Origin: a plasmid
Strand: one strand, 5' to 3'
Sequence record: AP029160.1
DNA: 64,000 nucleotides
Positions 21,194 through 31,152 of this stretch are shown here, piece by piece; the stretch's first letter is position 1, and every line of letters starts with the position of its first letter. Below the pieces are notes generated by a model. The model was not told the DNA's origin. It saw nothing but the letters and a program-made list of their open reading frames with translations, and searched no databases. The position numbers were made by a program, and so were the translations under genes.

Positions 21194-21957
21194 TTATCTA
21201 TTCCAAAATGAATCATATCCGTCATCATAATTTTCAGATTCTTCGTTATCATTAGGGTAATCAGGTGGCATTTCTTCTATTTCTTCTGATTTTATTTTAA
21301 AATTATCTCTTGTTTTATAAATATTATTTTCTGGATTTTTAAAATTATTTTCTATTTTAGATAATATTTTTAAATAATCTGAAATGTTTGATTCATTATT
21401 ATAAATTGCCATATTTTTATGAACAGTTCCTATTTTTACATTATTTATTTTACACAAACTTTCTATCTGATTACAAATAGATTTGTTTTCTAATAGTTTA
21501 TAACCAAGCATTAATTTTTTAGGCTTTAAAATTTCACCTGTTTTGTGTTCATTGATGTGGTTATCATTACAATTAAGTATAAGTCTAAATTCAGATTCAT
21601 AAAACCAATGAAAGTATTTCTTAGTAAGGTAATCCATTGGTTCTGCTAAATTTTCTGGAAATCTAACTATGTATTCAACTGGATAAAAACTAACATAATA
21701 TCCGTTTAAACGATTGTCATTAATAAATGAATTAATATCTTCGATACTGTACTCAGCACTAACACCATTAAAAGAATTAGTATAGTGAATCCACATGAGA
21801 TAATTAGAATTAGAACCATGCGAAAGAGAGTATATTTTAATTCATGAGGATCGTTAAGACTATGAATATTAGAAAAATAGATCTCACCTTTAATTAGGCT
21901 TTCAATATGCTCAAAATTATTATTAAAGGCTTTAAACTTATGAAAAAAATTTGCCAT
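21194..21957 (-). pseudogene. DUF2971-family gene disrupted by a frameshift
   Basis: The 83-aa ORF (IYFSNIHSLNDPHE, matching the DUF2971 NDPFE motif) and the 200-aa ORF (YLMWIHYTNSFNGVSAEY, matching the lmWahYadnhkG motif) are consecutive parts of one protein in different frames. The frame change is near 21845-21870. Confidence 0.5.
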
Positions 21958-22024
21958 ATTATTCTACCTCAATTTCAACTTGCATCTAATTTAGACAGTC
22001 CGTTCTGTTATTGCTTTAGTAGCT

Positions 22025-22228
22025 TTGGGGGTAACAATGCGAAAGTTATCAAAACAAAATCAAAAAACAAAATCTTCAGGTCGTAAAAAATTATTTAATC
22101 AGAAGTACCAACGACTAATTATTGAATCAATGAAGAAAGGTCAAGGAATCTCTTATTTTGCAGCTAAAATAGGAGTTTCAAAACAAACCATCTACAACTG
22201 GATTAACGAAAAGTTGGGGATTAAGTAA
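22025..22228 (+). CDS. Small HTH protein (transposase OrfA-like)
   Basis: GISYFAAKIGVSKQTIYNWINEK helix-turn-helix. Confidence 0.3.
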   Translation: MGVTMRKLSKQNQKTKSSGRKKLFNQKYQRLIIESMKKGQGISYFAAKIGVSKQTIYNWINEKLGIK

Positions 22229-22229
22229 A

Positions 22230-22733
22230 TTAGTTAATACAAATTAGAGATTTGAAAATAATTATTAAAAAACTAAAAACAAACATTATCATTACAAAAG
22301 AAATAAATAATTTAGAAAAAAACAAAAATGGGAGAAATTTTTCATAAATAAAAATAGATGTACAATCTAATTCAAATATTTTTTCAGTATCATCAAGTTC
22401 CTTTTTATATTCTAACAATTTAGATGAGTCTTCTGATTTATATAATTTCTTATTTATATGTACTATTGATAAAATGAAATTATGAAATGATGATACTGTA
22501 TATTGAAGAATATCAATTAATATAAAAATAATACACAATATTAATAATAGTTTTAATTGAGTACTTGAAAGTAAAATATCGTCACCGATTTTAAACTCAA
22601 TTCCTTTACTTATAATTATTGATGCAATAAAAAAGTAGCTAAAATAACGAAGTGCTTCAGTTAAATTTTTTGATTGATTTCCGTATCTAGTTTGAATTCC
22701 CTGATAATGAATCCAATTTCTAAATTCTCCCAT
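22230..22733 (-). CDS. Membrane protein
   Basis: 167 aa with several hydrophobic helices. Confidence 0.3.
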   Translation of the reverse strand: MGEFRNWIHYQGIQTRYGNQSKNLTEALRYFSYFFIASIIISKGIEFKIGDDILLSSTQLKLLLILCIIFILIDILQYTVSSFHNFILSIVHINKKLYKSEDSSKLLEYKKELDDTEKIFELDCTSIFIYEKFLPFLFFSKLFISFVMIMFVFSFLIIIFKSLICIN

Positions 22734-22739
22734 TTTACA

Positions 22740-23126
22740 CTACTTTCTTCTACTTCTAGAATTTTGAGGATTATTTGGATCAGGTCCATTTCCATTAGAA
22801 ACGTTTTGTGGAGTATTCGGATCTGTTCCTATATTTTTCCTACTTCTTATTTTTTTTAACTTATCTGACTTATTAGGACGACCGCGTTTCTTAGCTGTTT
22901 TAGTTCCTGCTTTTTTTGGACGGCCACGTTTTGCAGTTTTTTTCTTAGCTGTCGTTTTTTTTGCAGTCTTCTTTTTTGTTGTTGTTTTTTTACGAACAGT
23001 TTTTTTAGCTGCTGGCTTCTTCGCTTTTGTTTTTCTTTTCTTAGTTGATTTCTTTATAGTTCTCTTTTTAGATATTCTCTTTGTTCTTTTTTTAATTGAA
23101 GATTTTCTTGTTCTTTTTATAACCAT
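22740..23126 (-). CDS. Histone H1-like lysine-rich DNA-binding protein with AT-hook motifs
   Basis: 128 aa, extremely K/T/A-rich (KKTAKKTTAKKKTAKRGRPKK); two RGRP AT-hook cores. Confidence 0.55.
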   Translation of the reverse strand: MVIKRTRKSSIKKRTKRISKKRTIKKSTKKRKTKAKKPAAKKTVRKKTTTKKKTAKKTTAKKKTAKRGRPKKAGTKTAKKRGRPNKSDKLKKIRSRKNIGTDPNTPQNVSNGNGPDPNNPQNSRSRRK

Positions 23127-23804
23127 AATATTCTCCTATTTATAAAATATTCTATTAAATATAATATTTTATAAATAGGAAATATTTTCAGTGTTGATTT
23201 TTATTTAGATAATCTTCTAAATTATCTTTTATCAAAATAAATCCTTTCAACCATATAATTAATTTGTTCATAATTATAATCACCATTTCTTTCTGCAATT
23301 CTCTCATAACATCATTTAGATCTCAAAATATTGTTTTGGAGGATAGCAAAATATTGTGATTTATTAAGAATAATTTAAGAATATCTTGTAAGCTTTACTT
23401 TCTGCTTTTTCTAATGTTTTTTCATGTGGACTTTAAAAATAAGAATAAGGATTATTAGAATATATTTCTAAATAATATTTATCACGTAAGTATTTATCTA
23501 ATTTTTTATCGTATTTTTCAGTACTTTGAGATATTAAAAATGTTCCATCAGGCCATGCACTAATTTTAGAAGAATATTGGTAAGAATTGTCAAAAATAAA
23601 TGCGCTCATGACAATTTATCATTATCAGTAAATATATCGACTTGAATCTCTCCTTTATTTCCAAATAAAGGCTCATTATTTTTATTAATTATTTTATTCA
23701 CAATATTTTGCCAATCCAATGGAAATCTACTTTTAAGAAAGAATCTTAAAGCTTTTGAATATTGCTGTTTTTCAGCCCAGATTCTAGCTTGATCATCACT
23801 TAGG

Positions 23805-23965
23805 TGTAACGGTGCGCTCTTATCGGAGTATTGTCGCACGCTTATCCAAAAATTTGGGCGCAAATTAATTGAAATTATCGTTTTGTTTCGGTGCTCATTA
23901 AATGAAATCGAGAGAATCCCGACGCACGCTATTTGAAATCGGGCGCGCGATAATTGAATTTATAA
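23805..23965 (+). repeat. GC-rich ~165-bp repeat, copy A
   Basis: Begins TGTAACGGTGCGC and contains the boxes GCGCACGCTTATCC / GGGCGCAAATTAATTGAA / GGGCGCGCGATAATTGAA. It is ~88% identical to copy C and nearly identical to copy B in inverse orientation. Confidence 0.8.
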
Positions 23966-24382
23966 ATTTTAGATTTCTATTATTTTTACTTCATCTTGAG
24001 TTAAGAAGTTTTCCTTATTTTTTGCAAAGAATTTGGATTCTTTTAAATCGTCAGATTCAAAGGATTTATAATAATCGTTTTTAACTTCCACTTTTTCTTG
24101 CTGAGGATAAATCACGGAATAAGTACCATTTGGTAATTTACTAACTTTTATTTATTCATTTTCTGGATTATTTTTGGCGATCACAATAAATTTTCCCATA
24201 TTTATTACCTCAATGTATATTCGATAAAAACCTTTAAAACATGTTTTTATTGTAATATTTGCTATATAAATATAAATGATATTCATTTAACTTTTAATAT
24301 TCTAAAAACGATTGTTTTCTTCGAATTGCAAAATAACTAAGCATACATTTTTAAAGATTTTTAGGATTTGATGAGGGGTTTA

Positions 24383-24548
24383 GAAATTCAATTATCGTGC
24401 GCCCGATTTCAAATAGCGTGCGTCGGGATTCTCTCAATTTCATTTAATGAGCACCGAAACAAAACGATAATTTCAATTAATTTGCGCCCAAATTTTTGGA
24501 TAAGCGTGCGACAATACTCCGATAAGAGCGCACCGTTACAACTAGTGA
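24383..24548 (-). repeat. GC-rich ~165-bp repeat, copy B (inverted relative to A, about 420 bp away)
   Basis: The reverse complement of 24383-24548 matches copy A almost base for base. The match extends ~9 bp beyond TGTAACGG (ATCACT-AG). Confidence 0.8.
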
Positions 24549-25154
24549 TAACACTTGCAAACGTGCTTCGTCTTCTAAGTAAATTATTCAACAAAAACAT
24601 CATATCTACTAAAAATCAATATAGTTATAATTTTGGACCGTTGATTGGAGATGTAAGGTGGGTTGACGTGGTTATTGCATCTTCAAATTACATACGCCAT
24701 AAAGATGAATGGGTAGAGAAGTCAAACAAAAAAGATTCGAAAATTAGAAATATTGAAAAATACAACGTAGATACACTTGAAAAATCAGGACTTATTCATC
24801 CCAGGGAAGGAAAGTATTCATCTTTAGATTTAGTGAAACATCTAAAAATCGAAAGATGGGAAACCTTATTTCAAAATATTTCAAATTGGTTAAATGATTG
24901 TTTACCTAATCATCCTGGGTTTCGTCAGAATGATATAGTGCTTCCTGAAAACTAGACTTGTTGGAGTTTTTGGCAAACAAAGTGTTTTTAAACAAAGCCA
25001 AGAAATATTTTGCTCTTTTTAAAGAACTGCTCTCATTACACTATTGTCTCAGTCTCCACATCTTTGGGAATAGTCCAATTGTCTTTGGGAACTGACATTG
25101 GGATACGACAGTCTTTGCCCTTTTAAATTTCAAAATGTTAAATTATATTTATTG

Positions 25155-25170
25155 CAGTCTATAGACTGCT
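25155..25170. promoter_or_regulatory. 16-bp perfect palindrome GCAGTCTATAGACTGC, 25 bp upstream of the HicB-like start
   Basis: Perfect dyad. A variant of the CAGTCAATTGACTG palindromes at 19195, 62331 and 63336. Confidence 0.5.
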
Positions 25171-25194
25171 AAAATTTAGAGTATAGAGGTGTAT

Positions 25195-25638
25195 ATGAAA
25201 TTGGTGGGGAAATACAGAGAATCTAATGGCACTTTGATTGGTGGCATTTCCGAAATTGGAATTATTCAAATTGGAAAATCCAAAGATGATTTTTTTAAAA
25301 ATATCAAAAACGAAATAAACTCAATTATCAGTTCTGACGAAGATAGTTCTAAAAGAGATTATAAAATATCTAATTTTGATAATTATACTTTCACAATCGA
25401 ATTTTCAGAACTTAAATCATTTTCGGCTTTCATTTTCAAGGCCATCCGTAAAAATGAAAAAATGTCTCAAGCAAAGATTGCTTCAAAATTAGATATTGTT
25501 CGAGCGTCCTACTCTCAATATGAAGAAGAAAAGAAGGAGCCAACACTGGGAAAATTTTCTGAAGTTTTAAAAGCCTTCGGTTATGATTGTGAGATTAATA
25601 TTAAAAAAATTAGCCGTCTAAAGACGGCTAATTTTTAA
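25195..25638 (+). CDS. HicB-like protein with C-terminal XRE-type HTH (paralog of 19231-19659)
   Basis: MKLVGKY vs MKLEGKYY; the C-terminus SQAKIASKLDIVRASYSQYEEEKKEPTLGKFSEVLKAFGYDCEI is nearly identical in pattern to the paralog. The ORF track starts it at a GTG at 25189. Confidence 0.45.
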   Translation: MKLVGKYRESNGTLIGGISEIGIIQIGKSKDDFFKNIKNEINSIISSDEDSSKRDYKISNFDNYTFTIEFSELKSFSAFIFKAIRKNEKMSQAKIASKLDIVRASYSQYEEEKKEPTLGKFSEVLKAFGYDCEINIKKISRLKTANF

Positions 25639-25755
25639 AAAATAACTCCTATAAAAAGTTTTACTTTATTATCGATGGAAATTAGAAAAATTGTTTTAAA
25701 GCCTTTTAAGAAGACTTTTTTGAAAAAACGATCTAAACTATACCCCTAACCAAAT

Positions 25756-27753
25756 TTAAAATGGGATATCTCTATCGTTATTGACATTAGATTTGTAAAA
25801 ATTTGAAACTTGAGTTCGATTTAAATATTCTTGTAAAGATACACCAAGTATCTTTGCTCGTTTTACAAAGTAAGCGTGCATATTCTCACTTCTTGTAAAT
25901 TTCTTACCACAAATATGTTGGGCATTTAATGCAAAAACATTTTCATCATAAAGTTGTCCAGCTAAAGAACTATACGATTTTGTATTTTTCCTAATGTGAA
26001 TAATTGAACTTGCAGATATTTCTTTACCTAATATCTGTCTCAATTTTGGCAAAAGTAATGTTAACTTATAATGCTGATTTTTTACCACACAAAGAATTAA
26101 TTTGTTTTGATAAAAAAATCCTACTCTGTGATGAAATGATACTGCATCTATTCTAAGCTTTGTATCCTTACTCTGAACTGGAAAACTCAATAAATTCTTA
26201 AGTAGACCCTGGAAAAGATAGCACTTCAAATTTTCCAACCCCGAGATCAGATACGCTTTCTGTTCATTTTCTATTGGTGAGAAAGAACCTCTCTCACTCT
26301 CCGCTGCTATCGCGAACGGAGCTATGCTCCTACTAGAAATAAAAGGCCCCAAAAAAGAGCAAAAAGGAGTTACGTTAAAGTTACTTTCATGTTTACTTTT
26401 TAATTTTTCTGGACTCGACTTAAACACTCCCTTAAGAAAATATTTATCATCTTCCATCCAGTTTGGAAGATGTAACTTTCCGATTCCAAATAACTCTTTT
26501 CTATTTTGATATATCGAATGAACTGTAGACTTTATTTGATTCTCTTTACAAGTTCTTGAAGTTTCATTTCCCATAATAAACTTTGTTCGCATTTTTATTT
26601 TTTCAAAAGTCTCTTGTTCTGAATACCCATTCCATTTATATGCTATTATCCAATTTACGATTGCATAATTTCTTTCTCCATCAACAATTCTGAATGGCTC
26701 TATTATTTTTAACTTAACACTTGTTTGAGAAATATTAGATGCCATTACTTTTTGTGCTCTATCTATTTGTTTCAGAACTTTTTTTGATGGTTTGCATCCA
26801 AGCTTTATAGCCCCTTCAATTGTCTCTTTAATAAAGAATATTTCTTGAAACCTATCGCTTCTTATATACATATTTGCAGTCCTTAAATTTACTTGCATGA
26901 TATTTGCTAACTCAAATTTGCTAAGCTCAACCATTTTATAAGCAGAAACATAAGGCACCTCTAAATCTATTAATTTCTTTTCTCCATTTAAAAATGATTT
27001 AGCGTCGATTTGTTTAGGAGTATATAATCCCATAAGATATAAAAAAAGTTTTGAATAGGATTTTTCAACCCGTATGTCGGGATAAAATCGATAGTTAATT
27101 TCTAATTCTTTTACTAAATATTCTACATATTTTAATAAATTGGTTATAAATGGTTCTTGCTTCAAAATTACTTCTTGTTCGTTTGTAACTCTAACTCTTG
27201 ATTTTTTAGCTTCTCTCTCAATTCGTTTTGTTAATAATTCATTATGATAAACTAAATTACTTCTTTTGTTATATGTACAAAAATCTTGTTTTAAACCTAA
27301 TCCCGATGGGTCTGCTCCAATACCTAGTTCATTAAAAATTTGTATTAATTGATATTGTAATTGTCTTGCACTGATCTGGGCGCCTTGGGTTCTTTCATAC
27401 AAAGGTAAAGGAGATACTCCAAATAGGATATGCAAACCTCTTCCCGATGTGCTACGCGTCACATATTCTATACCTTCTAATATTTTTGAATACTGTCCTA
27501 AAGAATTTTGAATTAACTCCCAGCACAATTTATTATCTTTTTTAAACTCATCATTTGATTTTTCAAAATCAACGTCTAGTCGGATATACCTTAATACTTC
27601 ATTTCCATCTGTATTTGTAAAATACGTTGACTGTAAATCTGGATTTGAAGATTTTTTGCACTTAACTGGTATACGATAGTTATCTTTTGCTATTTGCCAC
27701 TTTTTAAAAATATACTTTCCTGATTCATATTTAAAAAATGCTGGAGCAGACAT
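25756..27753 (-). CDS. Archaeo-eukaryotic-type primase-polymerase (plasmid/ICE replication protein)
   Basis: 665 aa. AEP motif I YIRLDVDFE (DxD) and motif II TRSTSGRGLHILF (sGxGxH). Confidence 0.5.
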   Translation of the reverse strand: MSAPAFFKYESGKYIFKKWQIAKDNYRIPVKCKKSSNPDLQSTYFTNTDGNEVLRYIRLDVDFEKSNDEFKKDNKLCWELIQNSLGQYSKILEGIEYVTRSTSGRGLHILFGVSPLPLYERTQGAQISARQLQYQLIQIFNELGIGADPSGLGLKQDFCTYNKRSNLVYHNELLTKRIEREAKKSRVRVTNEQEVILKQEPFITNLLKYVEYLVKELEINYRFYPDIRVEKSYSKLFLYLMGLYTPKQIDAKSFLNGEKKLIDLEVPYVSAYKMVELSKFELANIMQVNLRTANMYIRSDRFQEIFFIKETIEGAIKLGCKPSKKVLKQIDRAQKVMASNISQTSVKLKIIEPFRIVDGERNYAIVNWIIAYKWNGYSEQETFEKIKMRTKFIMGNETSRTCKENQIKSTVHSIYQNRKELFGIGKLHLPNWMEDDKYFLKGVFKSSPEKLKSKHESNFNVTPFCSFLGPFISSRSIAPFAIAAESERGSFSPIENEQKAYLISGLENLKCYLFQGLLKNLLSFPVQSKDTKLRIDAVSFHHRVGFFYQNKLILCVVKNQHYKLTLLLPKLRQILGKEISASSIIHIRKNTKSYSSLAGQLYDENVFALNAQHICGKKFTRSENMHAYFVKRAKILGVSLQEYLNRTQVSNFYKSNVNNDRDIPF

Positions 27754-27978
27754 TAGATTGTGCTCCTAGCAAAAATGAAAAATAAATTATTGATTTTTTT
27801 AGAAAGTTTAGGTTGATGGTCAAAATTATAATAAAAAAATAGAGTCATTAGCAAATCTCTCTTGATTTCCTATCGACTCCTCGCTATGCTCGAGATATGA
27901 CTTTCTGTGAGCGCAGTTTTGGTTAGTCGATTAGCGATTAATTAAAACTGTTTTTTATTTTATAAATAAAAACAAACT

Positions 27979-28644
27979 TCACATTCCTTTTTCTTCTTTT
28001 TGTTTCCTTTTTCTTTCTCTTTTAGCTTCTACTATGCTTAATTCATATTTCTTTATTTCATTGTAAACTCTATTTCTTTCATTCTCAGATTCTTTGAATA
28101 AATCAGAATTAATAATAAATTCATAAAGATTTTCTTTTAAAGATATTATTTGAACTACTTTCTTAATACCTGTTTTATGTAAAGCGGCTGCAAATTGAAT
28201 CGCCCAAAATGAATGAATAGCATTAGTATCATTCAAAATAGACATAGCTTGCAACGTCCAAGTTCCATAATTTTTTTTAATTGCAAATAAAGCAGTTCTT
28301 TTTATATTTGGAAATGTAGTAGAAGCATTTTCAAATTTCGGCAATTTAGAAAGAAATTCATTGAACTCTTTTATTCTTTCTTCTTTAGAATTATTTTGTT
28401 GTGACTTAACTTCTCTAGATACTATTTGATTATTGAGTTTTTTTTCAACTTTTTTTTGCTGAGCGATAAGTGCTTGTTCATGAACTTTTTGAGCATTATT
28501 CAGCATCTTCTTAACCCATTTCGAATCATTTAATTTTGAGGTCTCAGAGCCAATTTTTATAATATTTTTTAAGAAATGCTCTGGAAGACCTTTTGCTTCA
28601 GGCATAGCACACAGTAAATTCATTAATTCCTCTAAGTTTGACAT
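27979..28644 (-). CDS. Hypothetical protein
   Basis: 221-aa ORF with a charged helical C-terminus. Confidence 0.3.
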   Translation of the reverse strand: MSNLEELMNLLCAMPEAKGLPEHFLKNIIKIGSETSKLNDSKWVKKMLNNAQKVHEQALIAQQKKVEKKLNNQIVSREVKSQQNNSKEERIKEFNEFLSKLPKFENASTTFPNIKRTALFAIKKNYGTWTLQAMSILNDTNAIHSFWAIQFAAALHKTGIKKVVQIISLKENLYEFIINSDLFKESENERNRVYNEIKKYELSIVEAKRERKRKQKEEKGM

Positions 28645-28727
28645 AGTTCACTCCATTCAAGAATGAACTCTTTAGCCAAAAAATATAAATAGTCAATCAA
28701 ATACTTAACTGAGTGCATAGCATGCAC

Positions 28728-29504
28728 TCAGTTAAGGTAACAAGAAATATTATTATCAATATTAGATAAAATTGATTTTATCTTATCTTGTACGGAAGAA
28801 ATATCATAAAGTTGCTTCTCTGTTAATTTTTTATCTTTATTTTCAATAAAAATACTGTTTACTTGTTTCTCTAATGTCAAAGCAGTCAAAGTTAGTTGTC
28901 CTATTTTCATGGAAATATTAATTTTACTAACCTTTTGTGTAGGTGCTTTAAAAGAAAGTATCTCCTTTACTTCTAATCTATCTGCTTGATTATGTAATTG
29001 TGATAAATCAAAACCACTTCTAGAAACAGAAAGCAAGGCTCTTAACTTTTCCATAGGAAGTTTTTTATTCTTAAAAAGACTTAGCTCTTTAGAAATTGCC
29101 ATGAAATCATAAGCTAAACGAATTGAAAAAGGAATTTTTGTCTCCAGATAACTTTTAAAGTTTTTTTCCTCTGTTTCAAAAAATCTTTTCCTACAAGAAT
29201 TCAATATGTCACCGGCAATAAAAGCAAAAGAAGCATCCATATTAACTTTTATTTTTTGATATGTTTCCCAGTACTCGTGAATTAAATTGCCATAATCCTC
29301 AGGTGCTTGTAATTCTTGTTCTCTAGACTCTAAAGTTCTATCCCAATTAGTCATAAGTCTGTGTAAACTTGTGACAGCAGCTTCTTCAATATTATCTGAA
29401 TTTAAGGAAATTAATTGATTTGTGGTAGGAATAAAGTTTTTTGTCTTTATTTCTTCTTTATCAACTCCCTTTTTTTGTAATATATCTTTAACCGAGGAAC
29501 TCAT
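28728..29504 (-). CDS. Hypothetical protein, candidate ParB-type partner of ParA
   Basis: 258 aa. Its start overlaps the parA stop by 4 bp (translationally coupled). Confidence 0.3.
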   Translation of the reverse strand: MSSSVKDILQKKGVDKEEIKTKNFIPTTNQLISLNSDNIEEAAVTSLHRLMTNWDRTLESREQELQAPEDYGNLIHEYWETYQKIKVNMDASFAFIAGDILNSCRKRFFETEEKNFKSYLETKIPFSIRLAYDFMAISKELSLFKNKKLPMEKLRALLSVSRSGFDLSQLHNQADRLEVKEILSFKAPTQKVSKINISMKIGQLTLTALTLEKQVNSIFIENKDKKLTEKQLYDISSVQDKIKSILSNIDNNISCYLN

Positions 29505-30496
29505 AATATAGCCTCTTCGTCTTTATTAGATTCAACTTTTTTCTTATTACTAGAAACTTCATATAAATTTAAAATATGCTTTACTACAACATCTAAATCT
29601 TCACCAGCTTGAGTCGATCTTTTAGTCCAAAGATGCTCTCCATCTTCCATTGATGAAATAAATTCTGAAGACTGCTTTATCAAATTTGGAATCATAAACG
29701 TTGAATACTGAGCATAAAACTGTTGTAAATAGGATGTACTAGCCTTTATTCTTGGATCATACATATTCACTAAAATATTTATTTCAGGTTTTTTCTTATA
29801 AGACTTTGAAATTTCATTCCATTGATTAAAAACTTGTTCTAATCCCAATTTTGAATATATATCTGGTTTAACTGGAGCAATAATTCTATCAACGGCTAGA
29901 TAAATAGCGTGTGTTAAATGAGTTAATGCCGGTGGACAATCACAAATTATTAAATCATATTCTTCTAATAACTGATTCATTGGACTAGCAATTAAACTAG
30001 AAAGATTCTCAGCTCCCAAGATTATTTCTTTATCAAGTAAACAGTTTTTTGGAGCTGAAGGGATTATACTTAAAAATTCATTAATAGGTTTTACTAGATC
30101 AAAAATATTTGTTGTTTTTTTTCTTAAGTAATCGAGCCAAACTAAATTTTGTTCATCAAATATATTCATTGAAACAGTCAAATTTAATTGATGATCGAAA
30201 TCAATTAGAAGGGTTTTATAACCATACATTGAAGCTCTAATTGCAAAATTTTTTGATAAAGAAGATTTTCCAACTCCTCCCTTAACGATTTGGAATGCTA
30301 TAGATTGCTTTTTATAATTATAACCTCGTGAAGTTTGGAGAAATTCTCGAACACTTTGTGGAGGTACAGTAGAAAATTTCTTGTTACTTTTTGCAGCTCC
30401 TGCTCTATTTTTAAACAATTGCGGTACAGCTTGTCTTGTTACATCAAGAAGATTCGCAATATCAACAACGCTTAACTCATACTGATTATTTTGCAT
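29501..30496 (-). CDS. parA: ParA/Soj-family partition ATPase with an N-terminal HTH extension
   Basis: Deviant Walker A KGGVGKSS; N-terminal ELSVVDIANLLDVTRQAVPQ helix-turn-helix. Confidence 0.8.
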   Translation of the reverse strand: MQNNQYELSVVDIANLLDVTRQAVPQLFKNRAGAAKSNKKFSTVPPQSVREFLQTSRGYNYKKQSIAFQIVKGGVGKSSLSKNFAIRASMYGYKTLLIDFDHQLNLTVSMNIFDEQNLVWLDYLRKKTTNIFDLVKPINEFLSIIPSAPKNCLLDKEIILGAENLSSLIASPMNQLLEEYDLIICDCPPALTHLTHAIYLAVDRIIAPVKPDIYSKLGLEQVFNQWNEISKSYKKKPEINILVNMYDPRIKASTSYLQQFYAQYSTFMIPNLIKQSSEFISSMEDGEHLWTKRSTQAGEDLDVVVKHILNLYEVSSNKKKVESNKDEEAIL

Positions 30497-30814
30497 AGGG
30501 CATCACTTTCTAAAAAGTGTAAAGACGGCATCCATCAGATAATATACTAAATTTAAAAAAGGCAAATAGCAAAACCAAAATTTTGATGATCTAAATTGTA
30601 AGTTACTATGTTAACTTAAAAATTTCAGTGAATTGTTTTGGTAATCTTTAAATTAATCTTCCAATGAGAATATTTAATTGTTATTTGAAGCTATTTTAGG
30701 ATTTACTAAATATGCTCTTCAAATAAGCTAAATGCTTCTATCTCACTTTCTAACTCTATTCAGGATAAGCTCTATTATCCTGCTAATTATCTTAATCACC
30801 TGTTTCTGTATCCA

Positions 30815-30982
30815 AATCGTTTTGAAATTATTTTGAATCGTTTTGAAATCACTTTGAATCGTTTTGAAATCATTTTGAATCGTTTTGAAATCATTTTGAA
30901 TCGTTTTGAAATCATTTTGAATCGTTTTGAAATCATTTTGAATCGTTTTGAAATCATTTTGAATCGTTTCAAAATAATTTTT
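30815..30982. repeat. 8 x 21-bp tandem repeats (AATCGTTTTGAAATCATTTTG), centromere-like (parS) site upstream of parA
   Basis: Seven near-perfect units plus one degenerate unit. Each unit holds two TTTTGAA half-sites 10-11 bp apart. Followed by 2 x AGATAGTTTTT. Confidence 0.8.
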
Positions 30983-31152
30983 AGATAGTTTTTAGATAGT
31001 TTTTTAAATATTCTGCGAATAATTTTCTAATTTAAAACTTGAAAAATTCATTAATATTTGCAATTCATTTATTCTAAAATCTCGCTCTTTAAAAGAAATA
31101 ATAGAGATTTTATACTAACTTTTTTTCAATTATAAAAAATAAAAGGCGTATT

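Noticed and set aside
23805-24548. Target-site duplication flanking the inverted repeat pair A/B
   Set aside because: The flanks TTAGG and ACTAG do not match. Instead the inverted identity extends ~9 bp further (ATCACT-AG), so the true ends are unclear.
23606-24955. ORFs 23606-23863(-) and 24368-24955(+) sharing the peptide RPNFWISVRQYSDKSAPL
   Set aside because: The shared peptide is encoded by the inverted 165-bp repeat copies A and B, so the ORFs are repeat-derived artefacts (the 3' half of 24368-24955 could still be a small gene).
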